A DNA stretch of 64,000 nt from Chrysemys picta bellii (lineage: Eukaryota). Location: NCBI RefSeq assembly GCF_011386835.1, contig NC_088793.1:26784001-26848000 (forward strand), read 5' to 3'. The translations under genes were made by a program, and so were the position numbers. Each line of letters starts with the position of its first letter. Position 1 is the first letter of the stretch. The notes beneath the pieces are model-generated. The model worked only from the letters and a program-made list of their open reading frames with translations. It was not told the origin of the DNA and did no database searches. This document shows, one piece after another, positions 39,051 through 50,285 of this stretch.

Positions 39051-39955
39051 TAGCACCACCAATGTCAAAAGAAGTGAAGAAAAATTATGCTATTTGATCT
39101 TATGGAAGCTGACCAAGTCCTTGTATAGCAACTAACACAAACTCACTCATTTCTCACTCAAATGCAAACATTCCTTCCTCTGCCAAAACAAAAAACAAAA
39201 ACCTCTGTGCAAAAGAATATGAATCAAACATGTTCTGAAAGCCTTTAGTTGTTCATTAAATATATAGTTTATTCCTTGACGCCTCCTGGAAAGACTGGTA
39301 CCTACCACTGTATGTGGACAGCTGTTCGTGACACAACTATGCAGTAGCTTTTATCAGTTCAAATAACTGTCTAAACATCTTTTAATTTTGTGTTCAGCAT
39401 GAGTAGCCTAAATATAATGAATAAACTTGCTCTCAATTTTTTCAAACAATTATTTTACCTTTAGTAACATCTCTATATCACAATTATGTTCTCTCTACAT
39501 ACTTTTTAAGAAACAGACGTTCTTATTCTAAGCATATTACACCATCCATCCACCCATCCCTCCTTTTTACAGCTCTGGGATTTAAATCACAGATTTGACA
39601 GGTAACTCAATCTTGTTGCTAAGCAGCTAGTTGGTCCACATATAACTGCAATAATGGAAATTCTCACAGTTGCAAAAGTGGAAAGCTCTTGTCTGTAAAA
39701 AGCAGATGTTTATAAATCAGCTTGAAACTCAGTAAGTGGCAATGTTAGATTAGCAAAATTCTTTCCAACCAAAATTCAATCTTTAATCCTCAACCATCCA
39801 ACCTGACACTCTGCTACCTATATAATATAGAGAACTAGGAAAAGGAGACAATAATCAGCATTTAATTATGGCAATTGTAACCCATTCATCACTGTAGTAG
39901 CTAGGCCCCCATATGGTTGCCAATAAAGTAGATCTTCCATCATATTTAGTGGGTG

Positions 39956-41014
39956 TGTGATGCTGGCAAACCAGGTGCTAGCTCTTGCCAAGAATATAGG
40001 CATTAGCTAAGAACTGACAAACTCATAGCTGGTGACCAGTCCAGTTCACCTGTATGTTAGTTTTGCTCAAAATAGGTATTAGTCTTATAAGAATGTATTT
40101 AGTGTTTAGCCTCTACGACATTCTTATAAATTGCTGCCTGCATTAATCCCACTTGTAATGTCTGTATTCCATGCTATAAGAAAATATGTAAATTTTAATT
40201 AATAACTTTGAAAATATTTGCTCTGGACTTGTGAACCGAGGCATGAGACTTCACCCGACCCCCACCCATCCAGGAGGACTATCAAAATTTAAGTGGGCCA
40301 TTATAAGACAAAAGCTTTGCTAGTTGCCCCATCCACCCATGAAGAAGTATGCACAGAAGCCCTTGTCCCATTGCTATGAATGCTGGAAGATGGAAATAAA
40401 AATAGTGGATGTGAAGATTTTTCATCTCTTTGCTATTTGAACTCTCACAGGGTCAGAGAAACCAAACTGAAGCCAGAGATCCCCAGGGGTTACCTCCTGG
40501 GAGCACCCTGAAAGACTTTGGGACAGATCACTACAACTATCACTCTTAGAATCTAGATAGTAACTAATTTGTGTGTATATGTTTGCTTGTTTTAACCTGT
40601 AAATAACATTCATTTCTTTCTCATAGTTAATAAACCTTTAGGTAGTTTATTATAGGATTGGCTACAGACATTGTCTTTGGTTTAAGGTGTAGGAAACCAA
40701 TTGATCATGGGTAAGTGATGGTTTCTTGGGACTGGAAGCAACCTGAATATGGTGTGATTTTTTTGGTGTAAGTGACCATTTATCACTAAGTCCAGTTTGC
40801 CTGGATGGCAAGATAGACTGGAGAGTCTAAGGGGACTGTCTTAGACTCCATGGTAAGACTGTTATATTGACCCAGGAATTCACATTTGTTCCCGCCTGGT
40901 GAAATCTAATTATAAAACATACAACCAGTTTGGGGTGTCTGCCGTGTTTTTGACAGTCTGCCCTAAGGTAGGCACTCGTGGTCATGCTTGTGAGCCACTC
41001 CAGCCAGCCTGACA
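39956..41014 (+). mobile_element. Solo LTR, family A
   Basis: TGTGA...TGACA; 4-bp TSD ggtg / ggag (3/4); colinear with 12859-13918. Confidence 0.87.
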
Positions 41015-42102
41015 GGAGGAAATTTTGGCCTCATTGAAGTCAATAGCAGAACTCCCATTTGACTTCAATAGGGCCAGGTTTTCAGCTAATGTCTTTTTTT
41101 AATGACAGTATATATTTAAACAAGCATCAAAACTTGTGTGTTAACTCAGAGCCATCAAAACTTGGGCATGTATATATGAACCCAGAGCCAACTGTTTTGT
41201 CACTGCACCTCTGTTTACAGTCAGAGATCTCTGTTTCAGTTCATACTGTGGTAGTTCCAGTTGCACCATGCAGATAGACTGGTGAATTATACCTGAAGCT
41301 CCTATATATATATATAGTGTCTTATTTTGAAGGCATCCAGAAGGATCCAAAAGTCCTCTAATGGGTTTTGAATGATCCAAATCAGAGAGGAAGGATGTGA
41401 CTTCAAGGGACTACTCACAACCTTGTAGCTTGCTTAAGCACAAGCTTAAGCGCTGGTTTGGTTGGAGACAGAGTTCAGCATCTTGGAGGACTGTGCCCAA
41501 GTTCAGCATTCTTTGCATACCCAAAAGTCACTGTGTTTGGGGTGTTCAAAACAATGCAGAAGCACAATCTGTGTTACTGAAACATTCTACACAATGAGTC
41601 AAATTCATACCCGATGTGACTCTACAGACTTATGCCAGAGATTAATTTGGCCTCTTTTGTATACCCCTGTGCTGTCTGGGCCTAAGGCACTAATAAAACA
41701 AATGTGGATTTATTTTTCATGTTTAATGTTACTGCTTTTGATGTAGGAAGCAAGCTGTACAAGAATCACTTCTAGTGCCCTGTTAAATGGCATGCTTTGA
41801 AGCTAACAGTATACCAGCTACAAAAGACTGAGCTAGCATTTTGCATGGCTGTTTAGGTTAAAAATGATATTTTCATTGCCGCTGTTAAATGTATCAACAT
41901 GGTGTTGTGGAGGATACATTTGTTTTTAAAATGTCTCTGCAGCCCAAAATAATCCTCTAACAGGACAGTCTCAGAAGATAGATGAGATTCCTCTTAGAAG
42001 CAGTCCCTCTACGTCAGTTTTGAGGCACACAGGGGAGGCAGAGTGGAGACAAACAAGCAGTGTGGTCCAGGGGATAAGACACTAGACAGCAACACATGGG
42101 AC

Positions 42103-42196
42103 TAGGGTGACCAGATAGAAAGTGTGAAAAACTGGGATGGCGGGGGGGGGGGGGGGAGAGAGAGAGAGATAATAGGCGTCTGTAAAAGAAAAAGCC
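42103..42196 (+). mobile_element. Truncated hAT MITE (agggtgaccagat TIR), cut by the PLE
   Basis: tagggtgaccagatagaaagtgtgaaaaactgggat...ataataggcgtctgtaaaagaaaaagcc, then an abrupt switch to PLE RT. Confidence 0.65.
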
Positions 42197-42205
42197 AACA
42201 TTTTC

Positions 42206-43344
42206 ATGGCTGACTTAGAAAAACGCTTCCTTAGCTCTCTTCCCCTAACGTCCCTACTCTACTTATGCTACATTGATGACATCTTCATCATCTGGACCCA
42301 TGGAAAAGAAGCCCTTGAGGAATTCCACCATGATTTCAATAATTTCCATCCCACCATCAACCTCAGCCTAGATCAATCCACACAAGCGGTCCATTTCCTG
42401 GACACTATTGTGCTAAATAGCGATGGTCACATAAATACCACCCTATACCGGAAACCTACTGACCGCTATACTTAACTACATGCCTCCAGCTTCCATCCAG
42501 GACACACCACACGATCTATTGTCTACAGCCAAGCTCTAAGATACAACTGCATTTGCTCCAAACCCTCAGACAGAGACAAGCACCTATAAGATCTCTATCA
42601 AGCATTCTTAAAACCACAATACCCACCTGCTGAAGTGAAAAAACAGATTGACAGAGCCAGACGAGTACCCAGAAGTCACCTCCTACAAGACAGGCCCAAC
42701 AAAGAAAATAACAGAACACCACTAGCTGTCACCTTCAGCCCCCAACTAAAACCTCTCCAGCGCATCATCAAAGATCTACAACCTATCCTGAAAGATGATC
42801 CCTCACTCTCACAGATCTTGGGAGACAGACCTGTCCTCGCTTACAGACAACCCCCCAACCTGAAGCAAATACTCACCAGCAACCACACATCACTGAACAA
42901 AAACACTGACCCAGGAACCTATCCTTGCAACAAAGCCCAATGCCAACTCTGCCCACATATCTATTCAAGTGATATCATCATAGGACCTAATCACATCAGC
43001 CATACCATCAGGGGCTCGTTCACCTGCACATCTACCAATGTTATATATGCCATCATGTGCCAGCAATGCCCCTCTGCCATGTACATTGGCCAAACCGGAC
43101 AGTCTCTACGCAAAAGAATTAATGGACACAAATCTGACATCAGGAATCATAACATTCAAAAACCGAACACTTTAACCTGTCTGGTCATTCAATGACAGAC
43201 CTGCGGGTGGCAATTTTGCAACAAAAAAGCTTCAAAAACAGACTCCAGCGAGAAACTGCTGAGCTTGAATTGATATGCAAATTAGATACAATCAACTTAG
43301 GCTTAAATGGAGACTGGGAATGGCTGAGCCATTACAAACATTGA
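42206..43344 (+). pseudogene. Disabled PLE RT/GIY-YIG ORF
   Basis: ORFs 42206 and 42635 are in the same frame, separated by TAA stops at 42473-42475 and 42587-42589; a small frameshifting deletion after QKP (~43165); the shifted frame ends ...WEWLSHYKH* at 43344. Confidence 0.9.
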
Positions 43345-43371
43345 ATCTATCTCCCCATGTAAGTACTCTGA

Positions 43372-43655
43372 GGCCTTGGCTACACTGGCAATTCACAGCG
43401 CTGCACTTCCTGCGCTCAGGGGTGTGAAAAAACACACCCCCCCCGAGCGCAGCGAGTGCAGCGCTGTAAAGCGCCAGTGTAATCAGCGCCTGCAGCGCTG
43501 CACGCTCGCTCGCAGCACCGCAAGCTATTCCCCTCGGAGAGGTGGAGTACTTGCAGCGCTGCGAGAGAGCTCTCTCAGCGCTGGCGGCGCAGCTACACTC
43601 GCACTTCACAGCGCTGCCGCGGCAGCACTGTGAATCCATGAGTGTAGCCAAGGCC
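43372..43655. mobile_element. PIF/Harbinger-type MITE inserted in the PLE 3' UTR
   Basis: Perfect TIRs ggccttggctacact / agtgtagccaaggcc; flanking triplets tga / tca; CAGCGCTG-rich palindromic interior. Confidence 0.88.
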
Positions 43656-43821
43656 TCACACTTCTTATCAAACTTTCTGTACTGGGCTATCTTGATTATC
43701 ACTTCAAAAGTTTTTTTTCCCCTCTTACTTAATTGGCCTCTCAGAGTTGGTAAGACAACTCCCTCCTTTTCATGCTCACTCTATGTGTATATATATCTCC
43801 TCAATATATGTTCCATTCTAT

Positions 43822-43861
43822 GCATCCGAAGAAGTGGGCTGTAGCCCACAAAAGCTTATGC
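43822..43861 (+). ncRNA. Minimal type-I hammerhead ribozyme motif in PLE pLTR, probably inactive (G12A)
   Basis: gcat-CCGAAGA-a-gtgggc(tgta)gcccac-AAAA-gc-UU-atgc: stems I and II are intact but GAAA is mutated to AAAA at 43850. Confidence 0.7.
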
Positions 43862-45079
43862 TCAAATAAATTTGTTAGTCTCTAAGGTGCCACAAGTACT
43901 CCTGTTCTTTTTATGGATACAGACTAACACGGCTGCTACTCTGAAACCTGTCATAAGTGTAATGTTACAATTGAACCACATCCTTTCCCAGTTCTAGCTC
44001 CCAACAGACAAATAAAAATAAATATTATTTTACATAAAACAAATCTGTTTTAAAACTGTCTGCATTTTTAAGGATTGTATAAGAGATGATCAGTTACGAT
44101 GCATCCTCCAACAACTAGAAAATACAGTGCTTAGCATTTACATAGTGTTTTTCATCTTAAAGTGCTGTACAAACATTAAGTAATCAAGCTTCACAATAAC
44201 AAAGTGAGGAATGTAAGGAAGCATTATTTTGGCTATGTATTGTAATTATATTGTCTTATTAAGAATTTCCTGGTTTGTGCCTTTTAAAGTAATTATTGTA
44301 ATTATCATAAAAGCTAATAAAATGTCACAAACCGTTTTTTTTACTATGAATCAACATTAAGCCAAGGAACTAATTTACAGCCTACCGTAGGCATACATTT
44401 TCCCCATTTATCTCCACTTCTATTTTCTCCTCTTGTCTACTTGAGTAAAGTCCATTTAACCATTTTGGGCTTGACCTTATTTCTGTTGAAGTCAATGGGC
44501 AATTTGGCCACCAACATCAATGGGAACAAGATTGGGCCCTTTATTTTTATTAAACAAATTCAGGAATAAATGGTAAGTGTGGGGTTGCCTCAACAGTCTT
44601 TACTGGATGTTTGCAAAGTGTTATTATGAGACGTTCGAATGAAATGTCCTACATAGGTTCAAAGCAAAATCATTAAGACATGATTGCCTGTGCATCCTTT
44701 CACTGGGAAAAAAGAATCTGTAAACTATTTTACTTCCAGTAATCCTAAAACCTGTATGTTCAGATGCTATGGTGATAAGGTCTATACAGGCAACTGGATA
44801 GAAGTGTTGCATAATGCTGAATTTCAACTGACCTCTTCTAGATCATCAGAAATGCGGCCAGAAAAGGCTAGGCTACGTCACTGAGGAAGATGATAGTTTG
44901 ATTAGCCCTTAGGAGGGACTTCCTTATATGTCTGTGATTGACTGAAGATTAATTCTGAAAAGAGTCCCAGTTAGTTTTCCTTAGCTATAAGGATGGCAGT
45001 AGGGAGGTAAATCCTAAAAAATTAAGGGTTTAAACGGTAGGAATATGAGCAGCCTTAGGCTTTGACAAGTATACTGTGG

Positions 45080-45216
45080 CATAGGTGCTGGAACTAGGGA
45101 TGCTGGGGGTGCTGCCGCACCCCCTGGCTTGAAGTGGTTTCCATCATATACAGGATTTACAGTTTGGTTCAATGGCTCTCAGCACCCCCATTATACAAAT
45201 TGTTCCAGCACCTCTG
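45080..45216. mobile_element. hAT MITE, inverted copy of 16914-17050
   Basis: cataggtgctggaac / gttccagcacctctg; TSD tactgtgg / cactgtgg (7/8). Confidence 0.9.
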
Positions 45217-45789
45217 CACTGTGGATTCCAGAGGAGACCAGGAAAAGACTGAACATAGCTGAATTCCACTGGTATGATACTCCTCTGACACTGGAGTAAA
45301 TCTCAAGTCCAAGAAGTTACAGTGGTGCATAACCGGCAGAAGGGAGAGGAGCATCAACCCTATATTTGGATTTACTGAGATACCTGAACTGCTGGTAGAT
45401 CCTAACAATACACACAAGTAATCTGCCTTCCAGGCACATCCAAAATACAGACTGTTTTTTCTGACTCCCTGAAAATGACTGCCTTGAATGGTACCATGCT
45501 TTCTTGTATTATTCTCTATCACAGCCATAAGCTTATAATTACCAGCTAGTCAGCACCTAAATTGTTGTGGCATTAAGCCCATCCAAAGTTGTTTCATAAA
45601 CAGCTTCATCTATGCCCATAGGCTCTAATGTACCTTAATACCGGCTTTCTTTCAAAGGGGAAAAAAAAAAAACTATCTTCCTTCTCCCTCTCTCCCATTT
45701 GAATCTTTATTATATTCTTAAACAAACTGGTAGATCACAGGGTTTGGAGTTACCTAGGCAAATCCACTTTTACTATTATGATTGTTTAT

Positions 45790-45960
45790 ATTACCGTAAT
45801 GCCAAAGAGTTTATTCACATTGTAAACAAGACAGACATAGAATGGGAAGAGAACAGTGAAGAAACTTGCCTAAGGTCACACAGCAGGACAGTGGCAAAGC
45901 CAGGAACCTAACTCAACTGACTCCCAGTCCAGTGCTCTGCCCACTGGCCATGTTGCCTCT
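45790..45960 (-). mobile_element. MIR/CORE-SINE fragment
   Basis: acttgcctaaggtcacacagcaggacagtggcaaagccaggaac...ctcccagtccagtgctct. Confidence 0.8.
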
Positions 45961-47309
45961 CCAAATGCAATCTTCTGAAAGTTCCTTAATTCCTAAACAC
46001 TATAACCAGGGTTGGACATGGGGCTTTAGCAGCACTGGAAAAGGAAAGAGGCATCAAGTGCCATCAACAGTCGTCTTCCATACTAGACGGCATTTCTCCA
46101 ATGGATACCAGCAATAACGTGCGGCTGGTTGTAGATATTTTGAGTGGCATTGAGCTGGTGGCGCTAGAAAAGGCTCTGACAGCAGATATGGGAGTATAAT
46201 TTATGTTTGGCTGATGAACTAGAAAACCCTGCAGAACCTGTGAGAATGGAATCCGACAGGCATGCCTCTTCCAGCTTCTCCTAGCCCAGCTGTTACAGCA
46301 CTCACCTGAGATGCAGGTGACCGGGGTTCAATTCCTTCCTCTGCTGATGTGGAGAAAGGATCTGAACAAGAATCTTCCAATTCTCAGGAAGCCAATGGTA
46401 AATTCTGGGGTGGATCTTTCCAAGTAAGTTACAGTAGCCTCCTGGGGCTGCCCTATGGGCTGTAGTGCTGCTCGGACTATGTAAACTGGCCCCACTCTGA
46501 CATGTCCCTCCCACACCCAGCCCCACCTCTGGAATGTCCCCATGTCAGGGCGTCAGAGGGGATCCATGGAAAGCAGCCTTATGGCTGTCCTCCTCAGTTC
46601 CTGACCCATGGAAATACTCCCCTCAGCAGACAGGGATTTTAAGAGTACTTTTATACCGCTCCAGTCTTTTACTTGGCATAAAAGGGCCAGAGCAGAGGTG
46701 AGGACATCACCCCTTATTGAAAACTTTCATTCACTTGAGTATTCCTTATTCCCATGAGCCATTCACATTGAAATCGGCGATCCTTACAGGATTAAGCCCT
46801 TCGATTCTTTCTCCAACTCACAATACTGTAAGTAGAATAATGACATTCTACCAAGCTGGAATCTGAAACGCAGCACAAGATACTCTTGCAGTGTCTGATG
46901 TGTGGGTGCATAAGCCCAAGATGGGTGAAACTGAAGAAAACGCCTGGGAGGAGCCATTCCGTGAAAACAAAGAACAATGGCTCAAGTATAGAAAACTGAA
47001 ACACATAACTTGCCACAGTGAAAGACACCCTAAGGCAAAGGCTAACCATGGCAGTAATACAGGAGCAATATTTTCACAGGGATTAACTATTCTTGAGCAA
47101 TTTTTTCCCCACATATAAAGCACAAACATACTTTTATTCAAACATCTATTTGGCAACCTCTTTATTTCTGGAATGAATACATTCATTGTACCCAGGCAAG
47201 AAAATTCCCACTCTACACTGAACTCAGAATAATCCATTGGCTAGAGTTCGGGATCTTATTTCTAGTCTCTGTGCGTTGTAATACGTTGGTCTTATTTCAC
47301 TGGTTGAGG

Positions 47310-47405
47310 GCTAGGTGGTGGCAGTGGCCTGTGATATACAGAAGGTCAGACTAGATGATCTGGGGGTCCCTTCTGGCCTCAAACTCTAAGACTGTATATG
47401 ACTCT
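47310..47405 (+). mobile_element. CR1 extreme 3' end
   Basis: ggcctgtgatatacagaaggtcagactagatgatctgggggtcccttctggcctcaaactcta. Confidence 0.8.
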
Positions 47406-48804
47406 CCCAACTAATGTCCTCTTTTGTAGGATTGCCTTAGGAGAGAGTTGTGCTAAACGAATCATTTTCACAAGAACTGGGTAATTTCGGTGAAGTGTCA
47501 ACTGTCACCTTTACCAGGAAAGCACAATTTGGGGACTGAATGTGTTGAGTTTTCACTCTGGAAACAAACCTAAAAAATGTCACACATTTGTCTCAGGCAA
47601 ATTTTCATCATTTTCACATACAAATGCTGTGATGCTTACAGCAAAATGAGCCTGTTTTAGAGAAATGAAACATGTTTTACATTTGTTGTTCACGTGCAAA
47701 GGAGAGAAAAAACAACAATGAAACATTTAATTTTGGGGGGAAACTGTTGAATTACATGGACTCCCCCTCTTTTCCTCTCCCCTTATTTTTTGCTTTCAAC
47801 TATACTTCCTCCTAAAGTGTTATGGAGCTGCTGGCAGTATCTGCGCAAGCAGCTTAGTCTTTTGAAGGTGAAAATAGACTTTATCTGAACATTCAAAGCA
47901 TGTGCTGTTCTCTAACGGTCCAGGAAGGAGTGGCAAGTGGAAAGGGAACCTGGAAAGAGTACAATGGGTCCGATTCTTCTTTCAGTTACATATTGGTTTA
48001 ACACTGGAATAACAGCACTAACTCCTGATTTACACTGCTGTGAAAGTAAAATCAGGCCCACTGCATACACCAGTTTCAGACAAGACTTTCCTCTTCTTAT
48101 GTAGAAAAATTCCCATGAGGGAAAGATTAAAAAAATAAGTATGGAGTACACACATCTTGCAGCAGGTACTCATGTGAGTAGTCCCACCAATCCCTGTATT
48201 TTCCTTACAATTTTAATCTAGAACCATAAATTCCTCAGGTTTTCCTTGTTACATACTATATTTTAACTCTAGTAGAAAATGATAAACAGATTGATTGGTT
48301 GCTTTATTATGGTAGTGTTCCACAGAACCTTTGTATATACCAGTGTATAAACATTTCCATTCTAAATTCTCATTTGAAGATACTTATACTTCAGCAGCAA
48401 ACATTTGCTTTAAATGCTCAAAAATGAAAGACACACTTCGATAGAGCTGTTCGAGATTCTAGCCATAGGATTCCCACTGACTTGTGGGAACCACCCACGT
48501 ACCATAACTTTGAAAATTAACCATTCTCAGGCCAAGAGTTATTTTATTTATTTACTTTCATTTTTTAAACAATTCTTCAAATTGGATATTGATTTTTTAC
48601 TAAAAAAATATTTATTTTAAGCTAAGGGGGCCTAATACTGGAATCTATGATTTTTTAATCCTATAATATGGAGTGCCACTAAGGCCCCTTCTGTTTAGTA
48701 CAAGACAGCTAGGGGGATATAGGGAGATGGTTCTGGGTGCAGTGCCATTAGTATGCTGATAACACTCAGCTAGGTCTTTGTGCAGCATTGGAGAGGGATG
48801 GTGC

Positions 48805-49085
48805 AGTCACTCAGTTCCCTACATCTAGGGCTTGGATGGCAGCTAACAGTCCAAGGCTCAACCCAGACAAGGCAGAGGTGATATTGGATTTGGGGAAGCA
48901 ACAAGAGGAAATGGCAGGGATAACAGTGGCCCCTTTGACTAAAAGGGTATCCCTTGCTTCTGTTACCGGCGTTTGTATCCTGGGGATACTGTTACATCCC
49001 TGGCAGCTTTTGAATGTCCAGTTTGGAGCTGTTACAGGAATGCTCTTTTTCCATCTTTGCATGGCTAGAATATTATGACTTTCAT
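48805..49085 (+). mobile_element. L2-type LINE RT fragment
   Basis: AWMAANSPRLNPDKAEVI...CILGILLHPWQLL...FFHLCMARIL resembles L2 WMxxNxLxLNPxKTE...LGVxLD...FFHLRxxxRL. Confidence 0.75.
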
Positions 49086-49134
49086 TGTGGATGTGTAGCT
49101 CACCCCAGTAATTCACACCTTTCTCATCTCCATA

Positions 49135-49510
49135 GTCACATTGCTGGCCTTCTCGACAGCATTTGATACAATCAGCTCTAGAATCCTACTCGTAGACGTG
49201 GTAGGGATTAGCATGATTGCACTGAGGGGGCTTCAACCATTCTCTTCCCAAGCCTCATCCAGATGGATGTCAGCTCTTCTACTTTCAGAGGAGTCTTGCA
49301 AGGATCCATTGTCTCCCCCATCCTTTCGAACACCCATGTAAAGATGCTAGGGCAAACTGTGAAACAGTAACACTAGCGCTGCATCACATGCACTTCAGAT
49401 GCAAACTGCACCTGCTCCCAGCTATCTAAGGGCACTGCTGAGATCAGCTATCAGATGAAAACAGCTGGCTGAAGTTAATCCTTGAAAGACAGGTAATGCA
49501 GGTGGGCAGG
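49135..49510 (+). mobile_element. Second L2-type LINE RT fragment
   Basis: STAFDTI, ggagtcttgcaaggatccattgtctcccccatcc (GVxQGSxLSPIL) and ctggctgaagttaatcc (WLKLNP). Confidence 0.7.
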
Positions 49511-50087
49511 GGGAAGTATTCTGAAGTGCTCTGCAGGTGCCCTCTGCAGGCCTTATTTCATAATGTTTTAGAGGATTTTGGCTACATAATTTTCTGTCTT
49601 AATTGTTAGGTACTTAGACATCTCTATCATTACAGATACGTAGCCTAATTACATAATTATCTGTGCTGATACATAATACAAAATTAGGGCATATCATTAC
49701 CAAATTAGGAAACAGCTACATATTTAAATAAAGGTGCATGGGAAAAAAATATTTAAAGAGGGAGATAGGGTTAAAGGAAAAGAATATTTCACCTTCAAGA
49801 AAGTCAAAACTTGGCCCTCATATGAGTGAGTAGGAGTGGGTGCAGAGAACCTCCATTCCCTGTGCACCCTGAACAGAACAGGAGTCCCCAAGACTCAAGC
49901 AAACTCAGTGACTGCTCCTTCCTAGTGTTTTCTGGGGAGCATGTCATGCCTTTTACAGAAGTTAGTGTTGGTACCAACCCAGAAACTTGTATCCAAATAC
50001 TCCCAACCATTGGAAACTTTTTCATAGCTAGATCCCAAATCATCTCTTGTTAAACATAGTCCCAGAGAAGTTAAGTGACTGGGTTTA

Positions 50088-50285
50088 GGTGAGACAAGGT
50101 AGATGAAATAATATTTTTTATTGGACCAATTTCTGTTGGTGAAAGAGACAAGCTTTCAAGCTCCACAGAGCTCTTTTTCAGACCCAGGAAAGGTACTCAG
50201 AGTGTCAGAGCTAAATACAAGGGGGAACACATTATTTAGCAAAAGTAGTTAACACATATTCTAAGGGACCATTCAAGGTGTAATG
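50088..50285 (-). mobile_element. pLTR fragment of a second PLE family
   Basis: Minus strand ...ctgaaaaagagctctgtggagcttgaaagcttgtctctttcaccaacagaaattggtccaataaaaatattatttcatctaccttgtctc, a typical PLE terminal repeat. Confidence 0.7.
50146..50185 (-). ncRNA. Degenerate minimal hammerhead ribozyme motif (second PLE family)
   Basis: gggt-CUGAAAA-a-gagct(ctgtgg)agctt-GAAA-gc-UU-gtct: stem II, GAAA and the AGCU palindrome are present; G8A and stem I mismatches. Confidence 0.55.

Larger units (their letters stand above)
42194..43953 (+). mobile_element. 5'-truncated Penelope-like element (Neptune type): RT thumb, Cys linker, GIY-YIG endonuclease, 3' pLTR
   Basis: ANIFMADLEKRFL...YIDDIFIIW...FLDT...LYRKPTD (PLE RT); PCNKAQCQLCPH linker; NVIYAIMCQQCPSAMYIGQTGQSLRKRINGH (GIY-YIG); pLTR ending gctgctactctgaaacctg. 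Confidence 0.96.

Noticed and set aside
12859-41014. A 28-kb full-length provirus bounded by the two family-A LTRs
   Set aside because: No gag/pol/env between them, the LTRs are clearly diverged, and the outer flanks do not form a shared TSD.
48805-49510. Circularly permuted L2 RT (downstream motif before upstream motifs)
   Set aside because: The second piece has its own WLKLNP motif, so these are two adjacent independent fragments.
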